From NCBI GenBank assembly GCA_040437565.1, contig JBDOQK010000008.1:248001-312000 (forward strand): a stretch of DNA of 64,000 nucleotides, given 5' to 3'. The notes below the pieces were generated by a model. It was not told the DNA's origin and ran no database searches. It saw nothing but the letters and a program-made list of their open reading frames with translations. This document shows, piece after piece, positions 51,001 through 62,617 of the stretch. Each line of letters opens with the position of its first letter. Position 1 is the stretch's first letter. A program made the position numbers and the translations under genes. The DNA is from Albugo candida (Eukaryota).

Positions 51001-51170
51001 CTCAAATCTATCACTCTGGGAATTGGTAGTCTTGACCGATATGCCTTCCAATTTTTCTTTAATGGTCGCGATGCCGTATTTCCATTTGATTGGTAAAAGG
51101 CAAGAGCAAAAATGAGCAGCCATTCTCGCCACTTGTGAAAAGGAATGTTGGTGTTTGAATTGGATTGCAT
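48098..51170 (-). CDS. Multicopper oxidase (CotA/bilirubin oxidase-like) fused to ZIP (ZupT/GufA-type) metal transporter; about 933 aa after removing gap duplication
   Basis: Signal-like N-terminus. Cu motifs VHVHG, FYHDH, HPFHWH and HCHTMEHEANQM. Then ZIP: ALSAGVMIF, IAIHNFPEG, IILHNFPEGVAIAAPIY, AQPMGA, VAGML. Removing 100 N plus the 171-nt overlap (48296..48466 = 48567..48737) gives a 2802-nt frame. Confidence 0.93.
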
Positions 51171-51229
51171 TTTTGCAATCGGAATTGAATTGGAGCAAGT
51201 TCGACTGAATTGTTGGTGGTCGACTAGAG

Positions 51230-51245
51230 AAATTTGAAAATGAGC
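51230..51245 (-). promoter_or_regulatory. Oomycete Inr+FPR core promoter element upstream of MCO-ZIP gene
   Basis: Minus strand reads GCTCATTTTCAAATTT, matching the oomycete Inr (YCAYTYY) + FPR pattern, about 60 nt upstream of the ATG. Confidence 0.7.
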
Positions 51246-51635
51246 TTTTGATCGAGACAGGAACCAGTCATTCTGCTTTTGTTAACGCTGAATACCAATC
51301 GGTCGATATTGTGGCAGCAATACAGTCTTAAGTTATAAAAGGGGAAATATGAGCAGAGTTGTATCATCACGTCAATAGCGTTCGCCTAAGCGTGTAACTA
51401 GCCAATCAAAATCGTACGATATTCCTTTCTATGCTTTCTAAAAACCTACGCAGCCGAGGAGTGACAACGTTTCAGCAATCAAGAGTAGAGGTATAAGATG
51501 AGAATCTGCGAATCGAAAAATGTAAAATCCATTGCAGGGCTTCAAATGTGACGTTCATTTGGCTCATATCGCGATGAAAATCGACTTCAACTTCAATCCA
51601 GTTAATTGATCAAATTACAAATCCGCCCACATACT

Positions 51636-54600
51636 TTACGGAATTTCCATAAACTTCAACTGGCTTGCACTGCTTCGGAAACACTTCACAAGTCTCTGAC
51701 ACTGTTCCGGTGTAAATGCATCACACACTTGATGATGTTCATCAGCCACAAAATCTGCAATTTCTAATGCTTTTTCGGCTAATGGCCTTGCTAGCTGACA
51801 TCTAGATTCCATCGGATAGTGCTCGAGGCGGAGAATGGCACGCGAAGATTCATGCAGGAGGAAATGAAAGTCGAAAACAACCATCGGTAGACAATACTGC
51901 CGAATCTTCCGCTGTTTGTCCGCCTCGTCCGGAAGAAGGCAGTGGCACATCCATCCATTCTCAAAGTGAACCGCATCGATGAAGCTTGTGATGGCACGAG
52001 ACACATGATACATGAGTTCGGTGACAAATACCTTCTCTTGGTGATAAGGCGATGACGAAGCGGAACGGGTAAGAATGCTGCGCCAGCTATGAAAAGTTTC
52101 AGACAGCTGAGCGAGTGATCGCCAACACAAATGCTCACGAATGCAGCGATCCAAGTAATCGTTTGGTTGGTCGTGTCGCTTGGTCTCCTGTTGACTCAAA
52201 AGTTGCTCATTACGATGCATTTGAATAATTCCAATGGAATCGTCGCGATCATATGTTCGAAAGAGTTCTTGAAAAGCGGCAAAATTCTTTTCGAGTATGA
52301 ACTCTCGAGCTAGTAGATTCATTTGAATCAAGGCTTGCGCACGATGTTGCTGGTAGATGAAAAGCACTTCAAGTACCTTCACTCGTTGCCGGTCAAGAGT
52401 GGTGACGCCATCATTTGCCCGTTCTTTTATTTGCATGTCGATGTCCGTCACGCTCGCATTGGAATGGATTGCACAAAATAAATTGTGTAATTTACGTTCC
52501 ACGGTCACAAAGACGATGTCTGATACATTATTCATGGACAGAAATTGAAGCATACGTCTGATACAAGATTCCATTTCAGCGTGCGTGTCAATCTGGAGCA
52601 GAATCTGGCAATACAGTTCAACCAAGGCTTCATCTGGAAGTGGAGATATGTAGATAGGCAACAGATGAAGCTGTGCATGTTTTGTCAAATGTCGGATATA
52701 CATTTTCACGATCATATGTCCGGCTTTGAAGTGGCCTTCTAGTTGTTGCGTGAAGCCCATGAACAAGACAAAATGAGCTGCAAATCGTAAGAACTGCACT
52801 GGTACAGTATCAGCTGGTATGGGTTTATCGTCGCCAAGATGCAGGTTCCAATCATATTCTTCAGCATCATGTCCCAGTACAATTGCTCTAAGTGTTTCCG
52901 CCATTATGGAGCCAATCTTGTTTGACACGAGGCGGGCTTGTACGCGACGAAATGGCTCGTTGGCTTGTGTCCTGACTCGTTCATGGTTGCATTCCATCAG
53001 ATCATTGAACAAGAAATCTATATTCTTCTCATACTTTTCGAAGTCTTTCGTTTTATCGATCAAGTCGGTAAAGATGGCCATGTGCCGCTTGGTATTGCCC
53101 ACAAGCATGTTAGAAGATTGAAGTTTGACTTTGCACAGTTCCAAGAGAATTTTGTCGACTTGTGATTCTGTAATGGCTTGCACCAAGGCCCAGCAGTGAT
53201 CTTCCCAGCTGTCACACGCCGGTGATTGAATGAGTGTATGAGCATTTCCACAGAGTGCTGCGTATATGGCTTTCTCGTAACTCAATGCAATCTTACTATT
53301 GGACTTGACCATTTTCCCAGGAGTTTCGAGATTTGAAAATCGCCAGCAAATCGACTTCCACAATGGTCGAAATGGATTCCCCCAACGAGAGATCGAAGCG
53401 TCTCGTTCTATGGAAGCACCGACCGGTGTGCCACCAGAAAGACTGGCTGCTCGCCAAGCTTGTCCTCGTTCAGTGCATATATCAATCGCTCTCTCGAGTT
53501 GCCCGCTGCGCACACACTTCCACAAACATTTCATCAGTGATGCCTCATCTTCAAGATCATCATCCAAGTAATCAGCATCTCCAACTCGTAGCGTTGCATC
53601 GGGGTCCAGATAAACTGTCTGGCTATCGGTCTTAGAATAAGGCAATCCCAAATATGTTCCTTTCTTCAACGAGCGCAGTGTTCGAGGTGCTATTCCTTTA
53701 CGTCTCTCAAGATTCGTCAATTCTTCTTCGGCCGCCAGATCCTCCAGCCAATCCTTGACTGCTCTGAGCACTCGAAATGTTGTATTATGCGACTCAAGCA
53801 ATTCAACCGCTTNNNNNNNNNNNNNNNNNNNNNNNNNNNNNNNNNNNNNNNNNNNNNNNNNNNNNNNNNNNNNNNNNNNNNNNNNNNNNNNNNNNNNNNN
53901 NNNNNNNNNNNNTATCAATCGCTCTCTCGAGTTGCCCGCTGCGCACACACTTCCACAAACATTTCATCAGTGATGCCTCATCTTCAAGATCATCATCCAA
54001 GTAATCAGCATCTCCAACTCGTAGCGTTGCATCGGGGTCCAGATAAACTGTCTGGCTATCGGTCTTAGAATAAGGCAATCCCAAATATGTTCCTTTCTTC
54101 AACGAGCGCAGTGTTCGAGGTGCTATTCCTTTACGTCTCTCAAGATTCGTCAATTCTTCTTCGGCCGCCAGATCCTCCAGCCAATCCTTGACTGCTCTGA
54201 GCACTCGAAATGTTGTATTATGCGACTCAAGCAATTCAACCGCTTGGTCTTCGGTCATTCCAAAATGAATTGCGCTTCCTAGATCAAGATCAATCATGGA
54301 AATCTTTGTAGAGATTGAATCCATTGACTCTAAGGTCATATCAGCCTGTCGTAGTTGATACAGCAGCTTCCATGTGTTGCGTTCGTCCCGCAACTGAGTG
54401 ATATCGTCAGCAAATTGAATCGGTTTTATGTTTAAAGACTCCTGTGAAGATCTTATAGAAAGGGTTGGCTTCCAAGATGCATCACAATTAACTCGTCCCT
54501 GCTTCACTTTCAGACGCTTTATTTGAGCGTCTAGAGCATCGATATATCCGCACAAGAGTTTGTCACAAAGGATTTTCTGATCTTCTGCGTCAGGAGCAGT

Positions 54601-55383
54601 CTCATGAAAATCCGCTAGCATATTTGCGAAAAAGGTTTCCTCCGGTCGAATTCGCCAAGATAAAGCTTCCCCAACTGAAGCTGGTATTGATCGGGGAGAT
54701 GAAGCGGATTCTCCCACGTGTGACGCATGTATGCTTGTGGGTGAGGCTGAGGCCAACGAGGAGTCATGTTGTGAGGTCACTCGATCATTGAAACCGATCT
54801 GGTACGAGGATTTCTTTACAATATGGATCGCGCCATTAAAGTGAGCTCCGCAATCTGCGACCAACCAGTCATCTTGTACAAGATTGCCGTCAAACATGAC
54901 CTGCGCGTGGTCGACAGAAAAGCTGAAAGCGCTTTCAGTATTGCGTTTGGCACAAAACGCGTGCTTGATTTCCCGTATTGTTGCGGAATTTGGGTCAATA
55001 TCGATATATTCGACACTTTGGTCCGGAAAATGAGCCTTTATATGAAGCATGTCTCCTCTTACGGATCGATCCACATCATACGAAGCGAGACCGTCGTGTA
55101 TCATTGGGTCTACTGTATGAATTGTTCCAGATGGAGTGGATGCTACTTTAGTGTCGATGGTATCCATTGAATAGAAATTCGAGCAGGCGGGTAATTGATC
55201 TTGCGGGTCGTGTGGAAGTGATATTTCACATTGTGTCTCCGCTGTGGACGCACTAAATTCATCAAAAGTTGCAAGTAATTGCAGTGATTCATCCGCATGA
55301 TCGATCAAGCGTTGAATTCGATCCCTTCGAGGGCGTACGGATGACTGCAAAGAAGATGAAGTTGGCGAAAATGTCGCTTCCAT
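51636..55383 (-). CDS. NUP107: Nucleoporin NUP107/Nup84 with N-terminal ubiquitin-like domain (segment duplicated across gap 53813..53912)
   Basis: ERNTWKLL, VKDWLE, LDPDA, VRSGQLERA..C..GQAWRAASLSG, GNPFRPLWK, YEKAIYAALCG, SWEDHCWA, FLRFAAHFVL. Confidence 0.9.
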
Positions 55384-55567
55384 AATGATAGCAANNNNNN
55401 NNNNNNNNNNNNNNNNNNNNNNNNNNNNNNNNNNNNNNNNNNNNNNNNNNNNNNNNNNNNNNNNNNNNNNNNNNNNNNNNNNNNNNNNNNNNNNTAATGA
55501 TAGCAACCAACCGCAGAGAGATTTACCGTATAGTCTCTTATAAAGCGCTAACGATAGAATATGTACC

Positions 55568-58015
55568 ATGCCAATGGTACACTCATCACGAACCAGTGGA
55601 CAAATGAAGCTTTTCATCGATAATTCTGAGCGAAATACGTCGACTTTGAAATGCCTAGCAACATATTTCCATACAAATCCTTCGTCATGCTCTATTCATT
55701 CATCGTCTGATGCACCACAATCCTCTAAAATCCCTTCTTTTCCGCTTCTTTGTATTCCAACATCCGAGCCATCATCCACCGAACGAATTGTTTGTGCCAA
55801 TGCGATATGCCGATATTTCGCCTTTTTAGCGGAAAAAAATGCACCTGAATCATCATTGAAAGCGGACGATACCTCCGTAGACGATTGGATAGAATGGGAA
55901 GCGAATACCTTGGCACCGCTATTGCCCCATTTCGAGCAAAAAGACTTTGACACTACCCAGTTTACCACCAAATTCATTGAGATCCTTGAAAAACGCGAAA
56001 AAAGCTGCTGTCTAAAAGCTCCATATCTCACTGGAAACTCCATTACACTGGCTGATATCATTGTTGGAGCCACCTTACGTGAATCCTTTGCAATTATTTC
56101 GGATGAGCTTCTCAGTGAGGATACTCTTCAAAAGTATCACACGTACACTTCTCAACTTTTTTCCCACACAAGTTTCACTAAAGCACTTCAGAATTCAAAC
56201 CCTCCTGCATTTAGTCCTGATTCTGAAATGATGCAGGGATGGACACAGCACAGCGTGTTATACATTGTGGAAAGTTTCTTCAAAAAAGCGATCGAATCAG
56301 CCTTTCCCAATTTGGACCCAGCTATACTAGTGGTAGACGTAACACGAACGAAGAACGCTCAATTCGGTGATTACCAATGTAATTCGGCCATGTCGATTTT
56401 CACATCGGTGAAAGGCACTCCAAACGCCATGAAATCACCAAGGGATGTTGCCAATTCCATCATAACCGCTATGAAACAGATCGAGAACCCTGTCTTACAA
56501 TCAGAGTTAACCGTTGCTGGAGCGGGCTTTATCAACGCACGCTTGACACCAACTTTTCTTAGCGCACGTTTACTGACCTTGTTGAAACATGGAGCGCAAC
56601 CGAGCCCAGAAACAAATCACGTCAAAGTCGTAGTGGATTTCTCATCCCCCAATATCGCCAAAGACATGCATGTAGGCCATCTACGATCGACGATTATCGG
56701 GGATGCCATATGTCGAATCCTTGAATTTCAAGGGTATGATGTTGCTCGAATCAATCACATTGGCGACTGGGGGACGCAATTCGGCATGCTCATCTGTCAT
56801 CTGATGGATGCTTATCCAACGTGGGAATCAGAACAGCCCAACGTAACAGATTTGACACAATTATACAAAGCCGCAAAGGAGCGCTTCGACCAAGATGATG
56901 CCTTTCGACAGCGGTCCAAGGATCAAGTTGTTCTTCTACAATCCGGTGATCCTCATTCCCGTCATGTGTGGCAAACGCTGTGTGAGATAAGTCGGAAAGA
57001 GTATCAGAAAGTGTACGATCGACTTCATGTGAACCTCACGGAAATGGGAGAATCATATTATAATCCATATATTCCCAGCGTCATTGACCAATTGGAGAAG
57101 AAGGGAATCACAGAGAACAGCGATGGCGCTTTGGTGGTCTTTACAAAGCAATTCAAGCAGCCTTTCATGCTTCGTAAGAGCGATGGCTCGTATCTGTATG
57201 ATACGACTGATATCGCTGCACTTTGGTATCGATTGCACGAAATGCAGGCGAAATGGATTATTTACTACACGGATTACACGCAGAATGACCACTTTAATTT
57301 GCTCTTTGAAGCCGCCCGTATGGGAGGCATTCTAGACCCATCAAAGCATCGTGTAAACCATATTGGTTTTGGAACTGTAAATGATGAAAGCGGCAAGCGA
57401 TTCAAGACGCGCTCAGGAGAGGTTGTTCGACTAGTAGAGCTGCTCGATGAAGCCAAAGAACGAATGAAGGTACAGCTCCTTAGTCGCATCCAAAGTGGCC
57501 AGACCAGTTTGCCAGCTGATCAAGTGGAAATAGCAGCTGAGAAAATCGGATATGGAGCTGTCAAGTACTTTGATTTGCGTCAGAGTCCGACTTCGAGTTA
57601 TGTGTTCTCATATGATCGCATGCTGTCGACCAACGGAGATACTGCTGTGTACTTGCTGTTTGCTTATGCACGATTATCCTCGATTATTCGTAAAGCTGGT
57701 ATCGACATCGAATCCAAAGTCCTGGCTGTAGATCACTCAGAGGCGCTTTGCATCAACCATCCATGTGAACTCGCATTGGCGTTGGAGCTTTTGCAATTCC
57801 AAGATATTTTGAAATTAATCAATCGAGACTTGAGCACCAATCGACTTTGTAGTTATCTCTACACAATATCGGAAAAAGTGCAGACATTTGTGACTCAATG
57901 TCGAGTAATCGGAGGCGAAGAGCAGCAAAGTCGGCTATTTTTGTGCCAAGCAACGCTCAATGTCATGCACAGATGCTTTTGCCTGCTGGGCATTGATCCA
58001 CTGGATCAAATCTGA
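55568..58015 (+). CDS. RARS: Arginyl-tRNA synthetase with N-terminal GST-like domain, intronless
   Basis: FGDYQCN, DFSSPNIAKDMHVGHLRSTIIGD (HIGH-type), NHIGDWGTQFG, KSDGSYLYDTTDIA, FKTRSG, GDTAVYLLFAYARL. Confidence 0.97.
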   Translation: MPMVHSSRTSGQMKLFIDNSERNTSTLKCLATYFHTNPSSCSIHSSSDAPQSSKIPSFPLLCIPTSEPSSTERIVCANAICRYFAFLAEKNAPESSLKADDTSVDDWIEWEANTLAPLLPHFEQKDFDTTQFTTKFIEILEKREKSCCLKAPYLTGNSITLADIIVGATLRESFAIISDELLSEDTLQKYHTYTSQLFSHTSFTKALQNSNPPAFSPDSEMMQGWTQHSVLYIVESFFKKAIESAFPNLDPAILVVDVTRTKNAQFGDYQCNSAMSIFTSVKGTPNAMKSPRDVANSIITAMKQIENPVLQSELTVAGAGFINARLTPTFLSARLLTLLKHGAQPSPETNHVKVVVDFSSPNIAKDMHVGHLRSTIIGDAICRILEFQGYDVARINHIGDWGTQFGMLICHLMDAYPTWESEQPNVTDLTQLYKAAKERFDQDDAFRQRSKDQVVLLQSGDPHSRHVWQTLCEISRKEYQKVYDRLHVNLTEMGESYYNPYIPSVIDQLEKKGITENSDGALVVFTKQFKQPFMLRKSDGSYLYDTTDIAALWYRLHEMQAKWIIYYTDYTQNDHFNLLFEAARMGGILDPSKHRVNHIGFGTVNDESGKRFKTRSGEVVRLVELLDEAKERMKVQLLSRIQSGQTSLPADQVEIAAEKIGYGAVKYFDLRQSPTSSYVFSYDRMLSTNGDTAVYLLFAYARLSSIIRKAGIDIESKVLAVDHSEALCINHPCELALALELLQFQDILKLINRDLSTNRLCSYLYTISEKVQTFVTQCRVIGGEEQQSRLFLCQATLNVMHRCFCLLGIDPLDQI

Positions 58016-58106
58016 TCATTGAGGCACTTTCAAAGAAATATTAGTTGAGCAATTTTGAGTATCTGATGGCAGTATATTCAAAATCGTAATATTTGCAGAA
58101 AAAATA

Positions 58107-59385
58107 TCATTTTGTGATGATTTTCAACTTTGCCTTTTTAGGGCGGCGAGAGCTATTAAGTTGAATCAGATTGCGTTTGTGCAAGCTATCGAATCGGTCC
58201 AAAAGTACGTTTCCTATCGGGTTTAAAGTGCGCATAGATCCGGTCAAATCCCCGGCAAACGCAACATCCGTTCCTCGGAATAATTTCCTATCAGAACGTG
58301 TTATATTACGGTACGAAGAGATAGAAATTCACTTACACAAATTTCTTGCCGATGCGAACTTTGGGTTCCTCGTCCAATTTTTGCTCTGCGATGAGCGACT
58401 TCAATTGCTTGCTGCGCAGTTGTGCGCATTCTTCAGCCTCAATTTCACGCACTAATTCTTGCACACTAAGAAAAATCCATTTTGTCAGCCCGTATACTGT
58501 GTATGCGTAAGGTATGTATACCAATTAATTTGCTTAAGCAATATTTTCTCTTTCCGTTGGCTCGCATGTTGCGTCAGCATTTGGCGATGACGTTTTTGCC
58601 TGTTGCGTTTTGATTTAGTAACTAGTTCCGTAGCGTTTCTTTTGATGGGAATTACAAAGTCCCGTTCGTCTGTTTCGGAGAGCTCATCGTCCTAGAGAAC
58701 AATTTCAATTTGTTAGAGGTTCGAACTATACCCGTGCGAAGTAGTACCGAAGTGGCTCGATCGAGAAATTGCAAGGTTTCATCCGAAATTCCAGAATTGA
58801 GACCCGCAAATTGATTCTCACGTCTTTCTTCTTGTTCCAGCTGTTCAGCATACGCCTGAGCAATCACATCTTGATGTGCATGGAATTCTGGATGATACGA
58901 TTGACCGGAGCTAGCGATCTCCACAGCTCGAACTCTATTCCTTGTAGACTTTATACTCTGTCGTTCCTAATAAGCACATTCCATTCAAGCAAATGTGTAG
59001 TGCCGGCAACATATGATAAACTCCTACTTTTTGTGCTTTGGTAATAGACGGCGCTTCGTGCCACAAAGTAGGGACATTTGAAACTTTGATCGTGTCAGGC
59101 TTTGGACTCACTGTCAACTGTTTTTTAAGTTTTCGAATTTTCTCATTCAATGCGTTCGATGCGATATTAATTTTTGAACGAGAAAATAATGGGTCTTTCT
59201 CAGCCAGTTTCTGACGTTTTGCAAGCTTCCTTGATAGTGTGGTCACTGGTACACCATCCAGATCAACATGATAAAGCGATTCGTTTGTGGCATGCTCTAA
59301 GCGCTTGTTTTCTCCATCTTGGCGAAGACTCTCCTCGACTTCCTCGCCAACTCGACGCACTCGCTCTTTAAGACGTCGTTTTTGA
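58107..59385 (-). CDS. NOP53: NOP53/GLTSCR2-like ribosome biogenesis protein, multi-exon; start lies in gap
   Basis: LYHVDLDG, GQSYHPEFHAHQDVI, and last exon DLTGSMRTLNPIGNVLLDRFDSLHKRNLIQ. Stop TGA at 58107-58109. Confidence 0.82.
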
Positions 59386-59514
59386 NNNNNNNNNNNNNNN
59401 NNNNNNNNNNNNNNNNNNNNNNNNNNNNNNNNNNNNNNNNNNNNNNNNNNNNNNNNNNNNNNNNNNNNNNNNNNNNNNNNNNNNNAACTGTTCTGGGTAA
59501 GCGGATATATCAAA

Positions 59515-61217
59515 TCATGCAGAAAAATCAAGTCTCCTAAATTTTGATTCGTTGTAGTTGGTCGCGAGCACTTTTCGTCCGCCAAAAAATCGTCCGTTCA
59601 AACCGGCAACCGCTACAAAATGCACAGAGTCTTTCAGTAAAAGCTCGTGCCGGCGACAAATGTACCTCTATCGGCGTCTTGTACATTCTCGAATTCTACG
59701 AAAATGCGTATGGCTTCTCCCGGATGACTGACCTTGTAAATGATACAGTTGCGCACTGCACCATACTTCTCCGCGCACTCCTCCTTCACTTCATTTCCTA
59801 GATGATCATCGACTTCCGCTGGTGTGACCATATTCTAATTGACTGTTGAGTATGACCCGGATCAGAAACAGGACCAATACCGACCTGTAGTAGAATGACA
59901 TGACTTCGTTGGGGAGCAGGTTTTCCTTGCAATGTTACAGATAAGCAAGCATACGAAAATCAGAAACAGATAAAGTGATACCTGTTATCCTATATGATTT
60001 ATCAACAAGTATTGGATCACAAGAAATCGATGTCTGCTGTGTAGTTTGGGCGAATTCTAAGAGGCAACTTTGGGGCCCTAGACTCTCTTGATCATGAAAG
60101 TCTTTCAAATAGCGTTCACTTGCTGCTTCTGGATTTACTGCAGAGTCTTCAAACTGACCAGATATATTTGGCTCAAGTCCATCATCTCTCTCCTCTGATT
60201 CATTGCTCTGAGCACTGGTACTCTCCGATCTGCATGAAAGATTACAAAGAATCAGCTGCTATTTATCAAAGCCATATTTGAGATGTATACATTTTCTTCT
60301 GCATCCATGCGGGCAAGGTCATACCTCGTCCACGACCCGACCCCAAGCTTGGCACTTTACCGGCCTCTACATCCTTGACAAGTTTTTCTCGTTCTTTCTT
60401 GGCCTACATGAAGTTATATGATGTAGCCTATACTATTATAGTGGTGTGTTCCCAGGATTAGTACCTCTTCTTCTTGCACACGCTGTCGCTTTTCAAGATC
60501 ACGTTTTACTTTTTCCATTTTCTTCTTATTGGTACGTTCCTCACAGTAAACCTCATAACTGTTTGGCCGTGCCGGATCGTATTCATCGCGCGAGTTGGAC
60601 TGAAAAAACGTATTGACTAGACCTTCTCTTTGTATGTCTCCTCCAGCGGATGGATTTGGTCCATCGGATACGTTTTGAGGCAGAATGGTACTAGCGAGGC
60701 GAGGTTGTACCGGCTTTTCCTCTCGTTTTGTACATTGAACGGGTTTACGGACCACGGAAGTGGGTTTAAATCCTGCTACTGCAAGAAGATTTGGAGGTGT
60801 GCTTCCCGAACTTTTGTTACGTTTTTCCGGCGCAGAATCTCTTGCTGAATTCTTATCCGAACCAACTGATGAGGATGCTGGCTTGCGTGCTTGCATAACC
60901 TGCGGCACTAGTGCGGGTGCTTTCCAAATCACTATGGAGAAAGTTCATTAGCGCTTTTAAGTCACTAGCGCGTTATGTAAACCTTTGCTCTTGTCGGAAG
61001 CTGTTACATTCGTTTCTGGTAGACCTGCAGAGGTTCCTTTCGCCAACGGCAGATCCGCATACAAATCCANNNNNNNNNNNNNNNNNNNNNNNNNNNNNNN
61101 NNNNNNNNNNNNNNNNNNNNNNNNNNNNNNNNNNNNNNNNNNNNNNNNNNNNNNNNNNNNNNNNNNNNNACCTGCAGAGGTTCCTTTCGCCAGCGGCAGA
61201 TCCGCATACAAATCCAT
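59515..61217 (-). CDS. RBM17: SPF45/RBM17 (DRT111-like) splicing factor, multi-exon
   Basis: MDLYADLP, SPF45 motif DEYDPARPNSYE, GRGRGMTLPAWM. UHM: VILLQ|NMVTPAEVDDHLGNEVKEEC..IRIFVEF..|LNGRFFGGRKV. Confidence 0.88.
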
Positions 61218-61260
61218 TAATTCTTTCAAACATCATTTATTTATACAGGGTATTAATCAT

Positions 61261-61947
61261 TTAAGCAGCAATAGCTGTAGGAGTCCACGGTCCAAGTTTC
61301 GAAAACCGACTCGTTCCACTTAGAAATTGTAGAGCGGCTTGTGCACTGTTGGAAATCCGTGTTCCTTTCTTCGTGACAGTAGCTTGCTGTTTCTCCATTG
61401 GCTTCTCAGTAACCGCGGGATTCACATGGACATAGTCCGAAGGCTTCTTCTCCTTGACACATTTGGTCAGTCTGGCCTCAAGTCGATATTTACTCATTAT
61501 TTCCCGCAACTCTCCAAGCTCATTCTTGGTATTCTGTATCAAAACTGGCTGCTTCCAAAATCGTCTTCTCCATGACTTGAGTGCCTCTGTCCACTGAGCT
61601 TGACTTTCTTTGCATGCAGCGCTTAAGATCAGCATTGTTCGACGAGCATTTTCCGGTCGATTGCGATCGTGCATCGAGTAAACCGGACGCAACTCTAGTA
61701 GAAATCGATTGGGACTCGATAGACCCTGTAACGCTTTGACAGTGACGCGATGTTTCGTCAGTGCGGCCTGGCCAACCATTTTTCCATTCTTGTGTACGAA
61801 ATAGCGAAGAAATCCATTTTCTACTTCAAAATACAAAGGATCCTTCACAAATACGTTAGCATTACTGATGCATGTTTCTATAAAATATAGTCTTACTGCA
61901 GCACGCGCTCCATCGTGAAGTAATAGATATCCTGCGAAATCGGCCAT
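61261..61947 (-). CDS. PH-domain protein; probable in-frame 54-nt intron 61843..61896
   Basis: FAGYLLL..YFEVENGFLRYF..NRFLLEL..LILSAACKESQAQWTEALKSW is a PH fold pattern with the C-terminal Trp helix. Confidence 0.75.
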   Translation of the reverse strand: MADFAGYLLLHDGARAAVRLYFIETCISNANVFVKDPLYFEVENGFLRYFVHKNGKMVGQAALTKHRVTVKALQGLSSPNRFLLELRPVYSMHDRNRPENARRTMLILSAACKESQAQWTEALKSWRRRFWKQPVLIQNTKNELGELREIMSKYRLEARLTKCVKEKKPSDYVHVNPAVTEKPMEKQQATVTKKGTRISNSAQAALQFLSGTSRFSKLGPWTPTAIAA

Positions 61948-62617
61948 TTCTGTTGCGTTACGTTGGGGAGAGAGAGGAATAAAATGAGAATTATTGTGGA
62001 TCATACAATTCAAGCATCATTGTGGAGGTCCCACGAAGAACATAAAGAGTTGCATCATTCGATAAATACAGAACACATCTTGCTTCCTAATAACCTTTCC
62101 AACATTATACGAGATTTTGGGCTCAGTCATCTCACAGAATGCGACACGTTTCGTTGATAACAATTCCACGATACTCGTGCCACGTGAAGCAGTATATCAA
62201 ATATATTCGTTGTGGCGTTTCTCCATGCATTACGCCAGCTGAATTTACGTGTCTACCAGATCTGCCAATTCATATCATGATGACCAGTTTTATTGTCACG
62301 ATTATTTTCGCTTTCGAAACGTTTTCAGTTATCAAATATTCGTTTATGCGAAGAGCCGCATTCCGAGCATTTATTACACATATATTACACCTCGATTCTA
62401 AAAATAGAGAAGTTCATCCAGTTCTATCAATAGGAAGCTGACTTTTATTGACTGACAGGTCGATTGTATGTCGCAAAATCCACTGATAATTCGCTCATGT
62501 GAAAGCACTTACCAATTCTGATTATAGGTTACTGCATATCTAGTTCTCGCCGTACCGATGACCCAACCACCACGTGAAGTATCATACAATCGACATCGAG
62601 AAAATGTCACGCGTGAA

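Larger units (their letters stand above)
13033..61169. other. Thirteen 100-N scaffold gaps (starting 13033, 20420, 23779, 25148, 31587, 34332, 34948, 47214, 48467, 53813, 55395, 59386, 61070); all but 59386 have overlapping duplicated flanks
   Basis: Sequence after each gap repeats sequence just before it (from 12 nt to several hundred nt). Confidence 0.95.

Noticed and set aside
42160-51170. Iron-related cluster of CIA2B and MCO-ZIP
   Set aside because: The genes are separated by an unrelated 5-kb gene, and there is no evidence of co-regulation.
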